Assembly (NCBI GenBank): GCA_965224195.1
Contig: OZ245040.1
Coordinates: forward strand, 768,001-832,000
DNA: 64,000 nt
Direction: 5' to 3'
From: Nitrosopumilus sp.
GTDB taxonomy: Archaea; Thermoproteota; Nitrososphaeria; Nitrososphaerales; Nitrosopumilaceae
Shown: positions 1 through 10,316 of the stretch, piece by piece
How positions within the stretch are numbered: position 1 is the stretch's first letter
Layout: every line of letters begins with the position of its first letter
Notes under the pieces: generated by a model
The model's input: only the letters and a program-made list of their open reading frames with translations
What the model was told of the DNA's origin: nothing
Databases searched by the model: none
Program-made: the position numbers and the translations under genes

Positions 1-554
<554 letters not shown>

Positions 555-611
555 CTATTTCTAATTTCCTTCTTATTTTATTATTTAAAAAAAGTTAGAG
601 TTTTGTCAATT

Positions 612-1136
612 CTACTTTACTGTAACTACTCCAACTCTCCATGGATGAAATAAACAATAGTAGTTGTATACGGCAGATTCATCAAATGTAAATTCAAATC
701 TATCTCCTGTGTTTAATGGAGGACTATTGAACAAGTCAATTACACTTCCAAATTCATCTTGACTTTGGATATTATGTGGAACCGAATCCTCATTTGCCCA
801 TGTTACTTTGGTATTTGTATTAATTTCAAGATTCAATGGCAAGTAAAACCCACTACCAGAAATATCAAAATTTCCATTGGGAATGATTATTTGAGATTCC
901 ATCATTTCTGAAATAATAATGGTATCTAGTACAATAACTCCCGTGTCAATCAAGAATTTAATGGCATTAAAAAATTCTGATTCTGAAATGTCTCCTTGAC
1001 TATACCATAGTGCGTTATTTTTAACCCATTCTGGAACTGATTCTGCAACTGCATCGTTGATGGTAAATGAAACTAAAAGAATTGAAAATATTGTAGTTAA
1101 AATTGATATTTTTACTAAATTTTGTTTCATACGCAC
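612..1136 (-). CDS. Secreted cupredoxin/plastocyanin-like protein with thaumarchaeal 'VPEWVKNNA' domain
   Basis: Signal peptide; VPEWVKNNALW motif; PHNI...YYCLFHPW copper-ligand pattern (axial Met position is Arg). Confidence 0.85.
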   Translation of the reverse strand: MRMKQNLVKISILTTIFSILLVSFTINDAVAESVPEWVKNNALWYSQGDISESEFFNAIKFLIDTGVIVLDTIIISEMMESQIIIPNGNFDISGSGFYLPLNLEINTNTKVTWANEDSVPHNIQSQDEFGSVIDLFNSPPLNTGDRFEFTFDESAVYNYYCLFHPWRVGVVTVK

Positions 1137-1224
1137 ATGTCATTTTTGAGCATTTATCAAATGTGTATGCACTGCAAGACAGTGCAGTCTTGTAAATTAT
1201 ATCTAATTTTGGTCTTTTCTAATT

Positions 1225-1566
1225 ATGCAAGAATTAATCCAAACTCAAAAAATAATTGATGATTAAAGAAAACAAATTATTTTAGAAATGCTTGCTGACA
1301 AATACTGTAAGTCAATTCTACATACTATTCTAGAAAAACCAAAATCTGCAATGGAGATATCTATTGAAAAAAAAATTCCTATTAGTACTGTCTATAGAAG
1401 ATTACAAACTCTCTATGATGCAAAATTACTTGCAATTTCAGGTTCAATTAATCAAGATGGCAAGAAATATTTTTTATATAAAAGTAAAATCAAATCTATT
1501 TCAGTTCAATGTGATCTAAATGTTATATCCATTGAAATTGTTCCAAATTTGATACGTTTGGCTTAG
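1225..1566 (+). pseudogene. Winged-helix (ArsR-like) regulator, probable premature stop
   Basis: ATG 1225 is in frame with ORF 1288-1566 but interrupted by TAA at 1264-1266. HTH motif KSAMEISIEKKIPISTVYRRL. May still be expressed from ATG 1288. Confidence 0.6.
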
Positions 1567-1599
1567 AATTGGTTAATATCATATGGAATTCAAATTATA

Positions 1600-2198
1600 A
1601 TGAAAGAAAATTTGGTTGCATCAAAAAGACAAATACATTCTTCAAAAAAAGAAACAACTCGAAGTATAACTTATCGTCTTCCTGAAAAATTAGTTAATGA
1701 ATTAGAAACTGAAGTTACCCAAAAAGTATTTCTCAAAATGTTTTGGTGAGGCAAATTCTTGATAAGTATGTTCAATGGGATAGATTTTCAAATAAGATAG
1801 ATATGATTCCAGTTCCAAAAGGAATTTTGGAATTTTTAGGTGAAGAATTGGATGGTAGAGATATTGATGAAATAATAAATATTGTATTCCCAATGATTAA
1901 AGATTCTGTTATGTTTGTTAAAGGTGGATATGATTTGAAAAGATGTATTGAAACTCTTGAGGATTACATGAAAGCCTCTGGTATGAATTCAGATCATAGG
2001 GTAGAAGGTGATGTACACTCATTTCTTATTCAACATGATTTGGGAATGAAGTGGTCTGTTTTTACAGAACAATTACTTTCTCAAGTTTTTCGTAGTTTTT
2101 TACCGGATAAAGATCTTAAATTCCAAACCACTGATTCTACTGTAATTCTATCCGTATCATTAGGTTCTGATTTTAATGAACATGATTATCAAAACTGA
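1600..2198 (+). pseudogene. RHH-domain thaumarchaeal regulator-like protein, frameshifted
   Basis: ATG 1600 gives ...RSITYRLPEKLVNELETE (RHH-like). A one-base shift near 1720-1726 joins it to SISQNVLVRQILDKYVQW of ORF 1743-2198. Confidence 0.7.
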
Positions 2199-2243
2199 AA
2201 TTCAATTTATCATTTGAAATACTCCTTTTCGTATTATTATTCA

Positions 2244-2644
2244 ATGAATTCCCCTGAGCATACTCAACAAAAAATAATGGTCAAACATGTCATGACTAAT
2301 TCTGTTGTATCGATTGATTCAACTGCAACTGCTACTGACGCAGCCAAGATGATGGAATATGTTGGAGTTGGGGCAATTGTAGTTTTACAAAATAATTCAC
2401 CTGTTGGAATTATTACTGATAGATATTTTACAATAAAAATTACTGCTCATTCTTATCCTATTGATACCCTTGTTAAACGAATAATGTCTCTCCTTTGATC
2501 TCAATTGATCCTAATTCCGATTTATGGGCTGCATCAGATCTTATGTCTACTCAAAATGTTAGAAAATTACCTGTTATTGAATATGACAAAGTTGTTGGAA
2601 TATTAACTTTAAGTGATTTAGTCAAGCATATTACAGATCACTGA
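2244..2644 (+). pseudogene. CBS-pair domain protein, frameshifted
   Basis: VKHVMTNSVVSID...VGAIVV...VGIITDR; after a frameshift at ~2488 it continues PLISIDPNSDLWAASDLM...VRKLPVI...VVGILTLSDLV to TGA 2642-2644. Confidence 0.8.
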
Positions 2645-2734
2645 AAATACTGTAGATAATCTCTAATTCAGTAAACTACTACTATATCAGGTGGGAAAAG
2701 ATTATTATAATTTGAATCAGCATTTTTATTCATA

Positions 2735-3085
2735 ATGGCAACTGAGCAAACACAAAAGATGGTCACAGTTACCGCAAAAGCAGCTGAAAAAATTCATGAA
2801 TTCATGAAAGAAGAAGCAGAATCACCTGAATACCTTAGAGTATATGTTCAAGGCGGTGGTTGTTCTGGTCTATCTTATGGAATGGGTTTTGAAAAAGTAC
2901 CAGAAGAAGATGACATTGTCTTAGAAGAGAATGGAGTCAAACTTCTTGTTGACAGCTACAGTGTTGATCATCTGCAAGGTGCAAACGTAGACTATATTGA
3001 AAGCCTAATGGGCTCAGGATTTAAAATTAACAATCCAAATGTTACAAAATCCTGTTCATGTGGTTCCTCATTTAGCACTGAATAA
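2735..3085 (+). CDS. iscA: HesB/IscA Fe-S cluster assembly carrier
   Basis: GGGCSGLSY and CSCGSSF motifs. Confidence 0.93.
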   Translation: MATEQTQKMVTVTAKAAEKIHEFMKEEAESPEYLRVYVQGGGCSGLSYGMGFEKVPEEDDIVLEENGVKLLVDSYSVDHLQGANVDYIESLMGSGFKINNPNVTKSCSCGSSFSTE

Positions 3086-3242
3086 ACAAAAGCATTATTT
3101 TTCATTTTTAGATTTTTCTATAGCGTTTGCTGTACTGGATAAATTTTTGAAAAATTTTATATTTTTTAAACTATTTTTTGCGATACCCTCATATATCGCA
3201 GGTAGAGACTCAAATTATGATAATAAAGGAGATGAATAGTTT

Positions 3243-4385
3243 ATGCCTCAATCAGGAATTGTCAAATATCACGTTAAACTTTCCTATGAAGTCGATGGAC
3301 TCGTTGAAAGAGCAGATATAATCGGAGCCATCTTTGGCCAAACAGAAGGACTGTTAGGCCCAGAGATGAATTTGAATGAGCTGCAACGAGTTTCTAAAGT
3401 AGGTCGTATTGAAGTTAATGCAAAATCTACTTCTAACACCACTAGTGGTGATGCATTAATCCCAATGAGTACTGATATTGATACTTGTGCATTAATTGCC
3501 GCTGGTATCGAAAGCATTGACAAAGTAGGTCCATTTGATTGTAAATTCAAATTAGAAGCTATTGATGATGTACGAGCTGCAAAGAAAGATGATATTGTAA
3601 GACGTGCAAAAGAGATCAAACAAAAATGGGCAACTAAGACTGTTAGTGAAGGTGAAACTATGCTAAATGATGTTCACCAAGGAGATACTGGAAAACTATC
3701 TAAATATGGACCATCAAAATTAACATGTAGTTCAGGTGTTTTTGATTCTAATTGGGTGATTCTAGTTGAAGGAAGAGCAGATGTAATCAATCTCCTAAGA
3801 GCAGGCTATGACAATGTACTTGCAATTGAAGGTGCAAAAATAGATGAATCAATCAAAGAACTATGTGGCAAGAAAGACACTGTTGTTGCATTTTTAGATG
3901 GTGATAGAGCAGGCGGATTTATTCTTAAAGAACTCAAATCTGTTGTTACTTTAGATTATGAACTTCAAGCAGACACCGGTGTTGAAGTTGAAGAATTAAC
4001 TCCAGCAAGAATTGATGAAATTTTAAGTCCAATTGCTACTGAGATTAAAGATGGAAAACTTGCACCAGAGATAAAAAATGAAGATGATAAGCCTGTTGCA
4101 GACATGGCAGCAAAAGTATTTCCAAATCTAAATGAAACACTTGAAGCAATTGCATTAGATGGCGATCAAAATGAAATTTTCAAAGTTCCAATCAGCGAAG
4201 TCGTAAGTAAACTATCTTCACAATCTGGAATCAAATATCTTCTATTGGATGGAATTATTACTCAGAGACTTTTAGAAGGTGCCAAAAATGCTGGTGTTGA
4301 ATGTGTAATTGGACACAGAGTTGCAAAATTATCAAACTCTGATGGAATGACACTTAAAACATTCAGTGATTTGGGCATATCTTAG
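3243..4385 (+). CDS. dnaG: Archaeal DnaG (TOPRIM; exosome-associated)
   Basis: GAIFGQTEGLLG, ILVEGRADV and FLDGDRAG motifs. Confidence 0.95.
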   Translation: MPQSGIVKYHVKLSYEVDGLVERADIIGAIFGQTEGLLGPEMNLNELQRVSKVGRIEVNAKSTSNTTSGDALIPMSTDIDTCALIAAGIESIDKVGPFDCKFKLEAIDDVRAAKKDDIVRRAKEIKQKWATKTVSEGETMLNDVHQGDTGKLSKYGPSKLTCSSGVFDSNWVILVEGRADVINLLRAGYDNVLAIEGAKIDESIKELCGKKDTVVAFLDGDRAGGFILKELKSVVTLDYELQADTGVEVEELTPARIDEILSPIATEIKDGKLAPEIKNEDDKPVADMAAKVFPNLNETLEAIALDGDQNEIFKVPISEVVSKLSSQSGIKYLLLDGIITQRLLEGAKNAGVECVIGHRVAKLSNSDGMTLKTFSDLGIS

Positions 4386-4390
4386 AATAG

Positions 4391-5074
4391 ATGACTGAGC
4401 TAAAGATTCAGCACATCCTAACTCTTTCATATTTACTTTCAAAAGGAGCCAAATACAACTATGTTTCAATCACTACTTCTTCTCTAGGAAAGAATATCAA
4501 AAAATCACAACAGGCAGCCTCAAAACATCTTTTAGAATTAGAACAAAATCAATTCATTGAGAGAATAATTAGTGGTCGAAATATTTCTGTAAAAATTACT
4601 TCAAAAGGGTATTCTGAAATGGTAAAACTTTCAGCAATATTACAAAAAAGTCTTGATTCTTCTCCCTCTCATGTTGAACTAAAAGGAACCTTGGTTTCTG
4701 GAATGGGTGAAGGAGCATACTATATGGGATTAAAGGGATATACAAAACAATTCCAGTCTAAAATTGGATATATTCCCTATCCTGGAACTCTTAATGTTAG
4801 ATTAGATCAAAAAATTCATCAAGAAGCAATAAAACAATTTGAAACTTTGAATGGTGTAAAAATTAAGAGCTTTTCAGATGGAAAGAGAACTTATGGTTGG
4901 GTAAAATGCTTTACTGCAAAACTTAACAATTCTACAAATTGTGAATTAATCATTCTTGAACGTACTCATCATGATGATTCAATAATAGAATTAATTTCAA
5001 AATCCTGTATACGAAAAACTGCAAAATTAAAAGATGGTTCTAAAGTTTCTATTAAAATTCCAATAAATTCCTAA
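4391..5074 (+). CDS. ribK: CTP-dependent riboflavin kinase with N-terminal HTH
   Basis: SQQAASKHL HTH; GTLVSGMGEGAYY; PYPGTLN. Confidence 0.92.
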   Translation: MTELKIQHILTLSYLLSKGAKYNYVSITTSSLGKNIKKSQQAASKHLLELEQNQFIERIISGRNISVKITSKGYSEMVKLSAILQKSLDSSPSHVELKGTLVSGMGEGAYYMGLKGYTKQFQSKIGYIPYPGTLNVRLDQKIHQEAIKQFETLNGVKIKSFSDGKRTYGWVKCFTAKLNNSTNCELIILERTHHDDSIIELISKSCIRKTAKLKDGSKVSIKIPINS

Positions 5075-5736
5075 ATTCCGTGAATAGATTCACCATATTC
5101 TTTTTGAATTTTTGAACTGGAACTTTCAGGTATTGGGGATTGTAATCTTGCGACTTTTGCATCAAGTTCTATTTTTTTACATCCTTCTGTGATAAATTTT
5201 TCTTGGTGAATTTGATCATATCCTAATGCAATTATTTGCGGTTTTACGTGGTTTACCGTTTTGAATATGTCATCTTCTTGTCCAATTAAACAAAGATCTA
5301 CTATAGATAATGAATTTACTAATTCTTGTCTTTGTTCTTGCGCATGAAGTGGTCTTCTTTTTTTCATTTTAATTGCTGTATTGTCAGTTGCAACTACCAC
5401 AACTAAAACATCTCCTAGTTCTTTTGCTGCATTTAATGTGTGAATGTGTCCTGGATGAATAATATCAAAAACCCCTCCTGCTAATACAACACATAGAGAA
5501 TTCCTTCCTTTTTCAGTAAGAGACTTTCTATCTTCATTAACTAATTGAGTTTTAATTAAATTATCCATTTCTAAATTTATGATATCTTCAGATAGCATAG
5601 TTTTTTTCTTGAGTATTTCAAATGATTCTTTTCCTTCAATTTGACAGACATACATGATAGATAGTATGGTTTTTTGATTTTGTTCCAATGTTTTTTCTAT
5701 TTTTGACCCTCTCTTTAATTCATCGTTAAAAATCAC
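5071..5736 (-). CDS. ribL: FAD synthetase (cytidylyltransferase family)
   Basis: GGVFDIIHPGH (HxGH), ALGYDQ; adjacent to ribK. Confidence 0.85.
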   Translation of the reverse strand: MIFNDELKRGSKIEKTLEQNQKTILSIMYVCQIEGKESFEILKKKTMLSEDIINLEMDNLIKTQLVNEDRKSLTEKGRNSLCVVLAGGVFDIIHPGHIHTLNAAKELGDVLVVVVATDNTAIKMKKRRPLHAQEQRQELVNSLSIVDLCLIGQEDDIFKTVNHVKPQIIALGYDQIHQEKFITEGCKKIELDAKVARLQSPIPESSSSKIQKEYGESIHGI

Positions 5737-6770
5737 ATCTTTGGATCAAGGCCTTTTGCTAATCTTAATGCATCAACAAGACCATCTGCATATCCTATAC
5801 TCAATATTGCTACTTCATCTTGACCATCTTCTAGAAATTTTTCTGCATCTTTGACATACAATTCAGCATTTTCTAAAATCCCTTGAAATTCTTTTTGATT
5901 TTTGTATAGTGGCTCAACTTCCTCTAATGCTTCTCTAACCATAGGCACATATTTTTTCATCATCTGAATGGAAATTTTCTTTGTTTTTTCTGTATTATCA
6001 AATGGTTCATCAATACACTGTCCAAATAATTTCAAAGCATCTGATTCCGTAAAGTGCAATCTACCTGGAATAATTACAGTGTGTGGAGGCTTACCAAAAT
6101 CAATTTTTTTCAAACTTGATATTTTACCTGAAATAATTTTTTCATCTTTGAATCCTATTCTTGATGCAACAATTACATACGTTGATGGACTAATGACATT
6201 TCTTATTTGACCTTTTTCAGTTTCTAATAATCCATTTAATGCATCCTTAGGATCTAAGAAGAAATCTTTGTCTTGATTATATTCTAAAAGAAGTACTGTA
6301 TGGTTGCCTTCGATGATATTTTTGTATATTACATAATATGGAGTTGTTAGTGATTTCATCTCACTCATTATCGTTGCAATTCTTCCTATTTTGTAAAAAT
6401 GCAAACCGCATTCTCCTATCATTGACGTTAGTGAGGATGCAGCATGAATTGAATGTGTTTTAATTTTATCTTCAATTGCTCTTGTTCGTAATTCGATATG
6501 AGTTGTTGCGATGTAAGGATCTCCATATGCCAATAAAACAACTTTCTTTTTCTTTGCATTTTTTAAAATTTCACTACCATCTTCAACTAACCATCTTTTT
6601 GCAAGTTTGAATTTCCCTTTTGTTGCATTTTTGATTTTTGTTAAATCTGATTTTCCTATTGGACTGGTAAATTGTTCTAAATACACGATATCTGCTTTTG
6701 ACAACACATCTAATGCCTCACTAGGAATAGATTTGTATCCAGAAATCCCTAACCCGATAAACCACAGCAT
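5733..6770 (-). CDS. dph5: Diphthine synthase with C-terminal DUF357-like extension
   Basis: MLWFIGLGI, GDPYIATTH, GLHFYKIG, LHFTE; C-terminal AILSIGYADGLVDA. Confidence 0.92.
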   Translation of the reverse strand: MLWFIGLGISGYKSIPSEALDVLSKADIVYLEQFTSPIGKSDLTKIKNATKGKFKLAKRWLVEDGSEILKNAKKKKVVLLAYGDPYIATTHIELRTRAIEDKIKTHSIHAASSLTSMIGECGLHFYKIGRIATIMSEMKSLTTPYYVIYKNIIEGNHTVLLLEYNQDKDFFLDPKDALNGLLETEKGQIRNVISPSTYVIVASRIGFKDEKIISGKISSLKKIDFGKPPHTVIIPGRLHFTESDALKLFGQCIDEPFDNTEKTKKISIQMMKKYVPMVREALEEVEPLYKNQKEFQGILENAELYVKDAEKFLEDGQDEVAILSIGYADGLVDALRLAKGLDPKM

Positions 6771-7897
6771 TATTGAATATTTTTATCGTGAAGTCTTTTT
6801 AAATGCTGTAGTGTTTTCTTGAGAATTTCTATTCCTCTGAGATATTCATCTACTGAAACTTTCTCATCAATTGTATGGGCTTCATGAGGATCTCCTGGTC
6901 CATAAGTTACAACTGGGATTCCCCATTGATTTCCAAGTACATTCATGTCTCCTGTACCTGTTTTTCTAATCAACATAGGTCGTGAGTGCTCAGTTTCCAT
7001 TATGCCAAGCGTAAATGCTCTAACTAGCGGTGAATTGTGGGGCGCTTCAAATGGTTCAGTCTCATCTAAAATTGAATAAAATGCTTCTACTTCTCTTTCT
7101 TGAGATATTTCTTTAACAAGTGTTGCAATTTTTTGTTCAATTGTTTTACAATTCATATCTACTGGAATCCTAATATCAAAAGTTGTTTCACAATCTTTTG
7201 GTGTTACATTGTGACTTGTTCCACCTTTCACTTCTGTCATTGTAGCAGTCAATAGCATTCCTTTTGTTTTATCTTCTTGATTTGCTTCTAGTTTTTCTTT
7301 TAACTCTCTTGCAAATATCATAGATTCTACAATTGCATTTTTTGATAGCCATGGTGCACTTGCATGAGAACTATCTTCAACACTAATTTTGAGATTTATT
7401 GCTAATCTTCCCTTGTATGCAATTGTTACTTTTTTAATTCCACTTGGTTCCCCAAAAACTGCGTAATCAATATCCATTTTTTTCTTGACTAAATTTTTAA
7501 TTCCTGTTGCATTTCCTTCTTCATCTACTGCCCCGACAAAAATTATTGTTCCGTTATTGTTTTGAATTGAAGCTGCAGCAAATAACATTGCCATTAATGG
7601 TGCCTTTGCATCCGATGCCCCTCTACCATAAAGTGAATCCCCTTCTTTTCGAACTTTGACTTTTCCTGGTACTACATCCATGTGTCCACATAACATAATT
7701 CTTGGAGAGCCAGAACCTTTCTTTGCAATTACATTGCCAACTTCATCTATCTGTATATCTTCAAATCCCAAATCGTCACATTTATCAGCTAAAAACTCAG
7801 CCATTGGTTTTTCACTTAAAGACGGTGTGTACAATCTAAGTGCTTTCTCTAGCATCTTGACCGCAAATCTTGGGGTTACTGTAAAATGTGTGTCCAA
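6770..7897 (-). CDS. lysK: [LysW]-lysine/ornithine hydrolase (M20 peptidase)
   Basis: GHMDVV, GRGASDAK, DEE, GTGDMN, AHT; located in the lysW-lysX cluster. Confidence 0.9.
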   Translation of the reverse strand: MDTHFTVTPRFAVKMLEKALRLYTPSLSEKPMAEFLADKCDDLGFEDIQIDEVGNVIAKKGSGSPRIMLCGHMDVVPGKVKVRKEGDSLYGRGASDAKAPLMAMLFAAASIQNNNGTIIFVGAVDEEGNATGIKNLVKKKMDIDYAVFGEPSGIKKVTIAYKGRLAINLKISVEDSSHASAPWLSKNAIVESMIFARELKEKLEANQEDKTKGMLLTATMTEVKGGTSHNVTPKDCETTFDIRIPVDMNCKTIEQKIATLVKEISQEREVEAFYSILDETEPFEAPHNSPLVRAFTLGIMETEHSRPMLIRKTGTGDMNVLGNQWGIPVVTYGPGDPHEAHTIDEKVSVDEYLRGIEILKKTLQHLKRLHDKNIQ

Positions 7898-7900
7898 TTC

Positions 7901-8743
7901 TTACTTTTCTACCTTCAGTGCATAATCTAGCATTAAGGAAGGAATGTCCACTTCACATACTCTAACTGTGTTTTTGTATTCCGTTGTATTGTTTACCTCG
8001 TGTACAACTAGTCCTTTCTCGTCACTTTCCATTAAATCCACACCTACGATATCTCCTTGAATTGCGTGTTTTGCTTTAATACACATTTCTTCCATTTCTT
8101 GTGTTACTTCGCATGGCTCTGCCACTCCACCTAACGCCATGTTTGTTTTCCAATGTTTTGAGGATCTGTAAATTACTGCAACTATTTTATCACCTACCAT
8201 GATTGCTCGAATGTCTCTTGGTGGTCTTTTTACAAATTCTTCTAAATAATGAACTTGATAAATTGGATACATGTTTTCTCTACTTTCAATAACTCCTTCA
8301 GCAGCATCTCTATCATTTAATTTTGAGATTAATCTTCCCCAACTACCTACTGTTGGCTTGATCACCCTTGGATATCCTTGTGAATCTAATGCTTCTAGTG
8401 CTGCATCTTTTGAAAAAGCTACAGTTGCATCTGGTGTTGGTACGCCAAATTTTTTTAATAACATATGTGTAAATAATTTATTTCCTGCATACACTCCTGT
8501 GTTAAGACAATTGATTACTTTAACACCTAATCCTTCAAGAGCTGCTGTTGAATGTAAATTTCTATAGTAACTTACACATCTTTGAATAACTACCCCATAA
8601 TCTTCTGGTTTTTTTTCTAAGTTTATTGCCAATTTTTTACAATCGACCATCTGAATGTTGATGTTCTTTTTTTTACCTGCTTCTAGCAGAGCTTTTTCTT
8701 CCCAACGGATGGAATCGTAAAGAATGGTAACATCAGGATTCAC
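7901..8743 (-). CDS. lysX: Alpha-aminoadipate--LysW ligase (ATP-grasp)
   Basis: KPTVGSWGR, WKTN, EVNNTTEYKN. The GTG start at 8743 overlaps the lysW stop. Confidence 0.88.
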   Translation of the reverse strand: MNPDVTILYDSIRWEEKALLEAGKKKNINIQMVDCKKLAINLEKKPEDYGVVIQRCVSYYRNLHSTAALEGLGVKVINCLNTGVYAGNKLFTHMLLKKFGVPTPDATVAFSKDAALEALDSQGYPRVIKPTVGSWGRLISKLNDRDAAEGVIESRENMYPIYQVHYLEEFVKRPPRDIRAIMVGDKIVAVIYRSSKHWKTNMALGGVAEPCEVTQEMEEMCIKAKHAIQGDIVGVDLMESDEKGLVVHEVNNTTEYKNTVRVCEVDIPSLMLDYALKVEK

Positions 8744-8907
8744 TGTCCCCAATCCTCGCCAACCGTTTGGGCCGGCTTTAGATCGAAACCATTTGAACTT
8801 TTAGATAATTCAAAACTTGCGCCACATTCTGGACATGTTACAATTTCTCCTTCAAGTGCATCACTTGGAATGGAAATATCTGCATCACATTCTTCACATT
8901 TTGACAT
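8740..8907 (-). CDS. lysW: LysW carrier protein, 55 aa, ending EDWGQ (absent from ORF track)
   Basis: Manual translation MSKCEECDADISIPSDALEGEIVTCPECGASFELSKSSNGFDLKPAQTVGEDWGQ; two CxxC motifs. Confidence 0.93.
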   Translation of the reverse strand: MSKCEECDADISIPSDALEGEIVTCPECGASFELSKSSNGFDLKPAQTVGEDWGQ

Positions 8908-8936
8908 ATTTTCTCTTCATTACTCCTCTTTATTTA

Positions 8937-8951
8937 TCATTAATTATCTTT
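8937..8951. repeat. Left att core TCATTAATTATCTTT
   Basis: Identical to 49111-49125. On the minus strand it is followed by the displaced native 3' end of homocitrate synthase (..KIINDK-TAA). Confidence 0.9.
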
Positions 8952-9208
8952 CATACCCTTGATTATGTGTTAATTTTGTTATTGATTTATTGGTATTTGC
9001 CATGAAAAAACTCTATTTTTCTATACAATTCACTCATAATTAAATTAATTAAATATTTCGTTGATTTGATACTGTGTAATCTGAGTGACCCATCCTATCC
9101 TGGCTATTTTGGTGACCTGTTTTATTCACTTGATCGTTTGGTATTTTGAAAACACACGATTTTCAATATGGTACTTTTAGAATCACAAATCAAACTAAAA
9201 GCAAAAGA

Positions 9209-9290
9209 CAGTCATTGCAAACCAGGCAGAGCAGCTAGAAATAATGCAAGACGAGCTAGAGCGGGTCAACAGATGGATTGCAAGCAAAAG
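9209..9290 (+). repeat. Relic copy of integrase 3' end
   Basis: 82 bp matching 10223-10304 with 4 mismatches (VIANQAEQLEIMQDELERVNRWI.SKS); also similar to the tail of the right-end integrase. Confidence 0.85.
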
Positions 9291-9468
9291 TGATCAAAAA
9301 TAACTATCAATAACAACTAGGATTTAAAAGCAGACATCAAGTGACGACCCGTAATATCAGACAAAGCAGAATCAATTTCACAAACACCATCATCAAGTAA
9401 TTTCATCAAACCACTTTGAGATTTGACAACATCGAAAAGAGTTTTAGAACCATCAGTAAGAGTTTCAA

Positions 9469-10308
9469 AATAACAGGAAACTTTGGCATAGAGAGCTAGT
9501 TAGAGGCGGCATTTCTAGAGATAAGGGAAAGCCTGGCGGTGAACTTCCCATTGAGGATACTGAACTGCAATCTGTTTATTTTGGAACTTCTGATTTGAGA
9601 AAAAGATGCATTATTTCTATTCTTAGCTCTCTTGGGATTAGACCTGGTGCACTGATTGATCCTGTCCTTTGTTTCAAACATCTTATTCCTATTGAAGATT
9701 GTTATGCTGTGAAAATTTATGATGAATCTCTGTCTGGATATTGGGGGTTTTTAATACCTGAAGCTAGACAAGACGTAGATAATTACAGATCTGAAAGGGA
9801 GTCTATGGGTGAAAAAATTACTGATGATTCTCCTATTCTGGCTACATTGAATTCCAGATGGAATGCCAAAAATAAATTCATGACTAATGACAATCTCAAA
9901 GAAATTTTATTAAAGTTAATCAAAGGCAAGGTAAGGCGGAAAAAAAATGGCAACAGATATGACAAGGCCCTGGCAACCATGTTTAGAAAAAGATTCAACA
10001 CTAAATTAAAACTAAATAATGCAGTAAATTCCAATATTGCAGAACTGGCCATGGCCCACAAGCTGCCCGGATCTCAGGGGAACTATACAAAACCTACCAT
10101 GGAGGAATGTTTTAAGGAAATGAAAAAAGCAATACCCGAACTAACCATTGATCCCACCGCACGTCAGAAATTGAAGATAAGCAAACAACAAGAACAGATA
10201 GTAAAACTAGAAAAGCAGGAGGCAGTCATTGCAAACCAGGCAGAGCAGCTAGAAATAATGCAAGACGAGCTTGAAAGGGTCAACAGATGGATTACAAGCA
10301 AAAGCTAG
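9469..10308 (+). pseudogene. N-terminally truncated tyrosine integrase, paralog of 47900-49078
   Basis: GIRPGALIDPVL, TMFRKRF, AMAH, GNY. Homology extends upstream to ~9469 (KLWH...DKGKPGG) and is cut by in-frame TAA 9457-9459; N-terminal domain missing. Confidence 0.85.
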
Positions 10309-10316
10309 TAATATTA

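Noticed and set aside
8950-9200. tRNA gene as integration target
   Set aside because: No cloverleaf or T-loop sequence at either end; the att repeat lies in a protein-coding gene.
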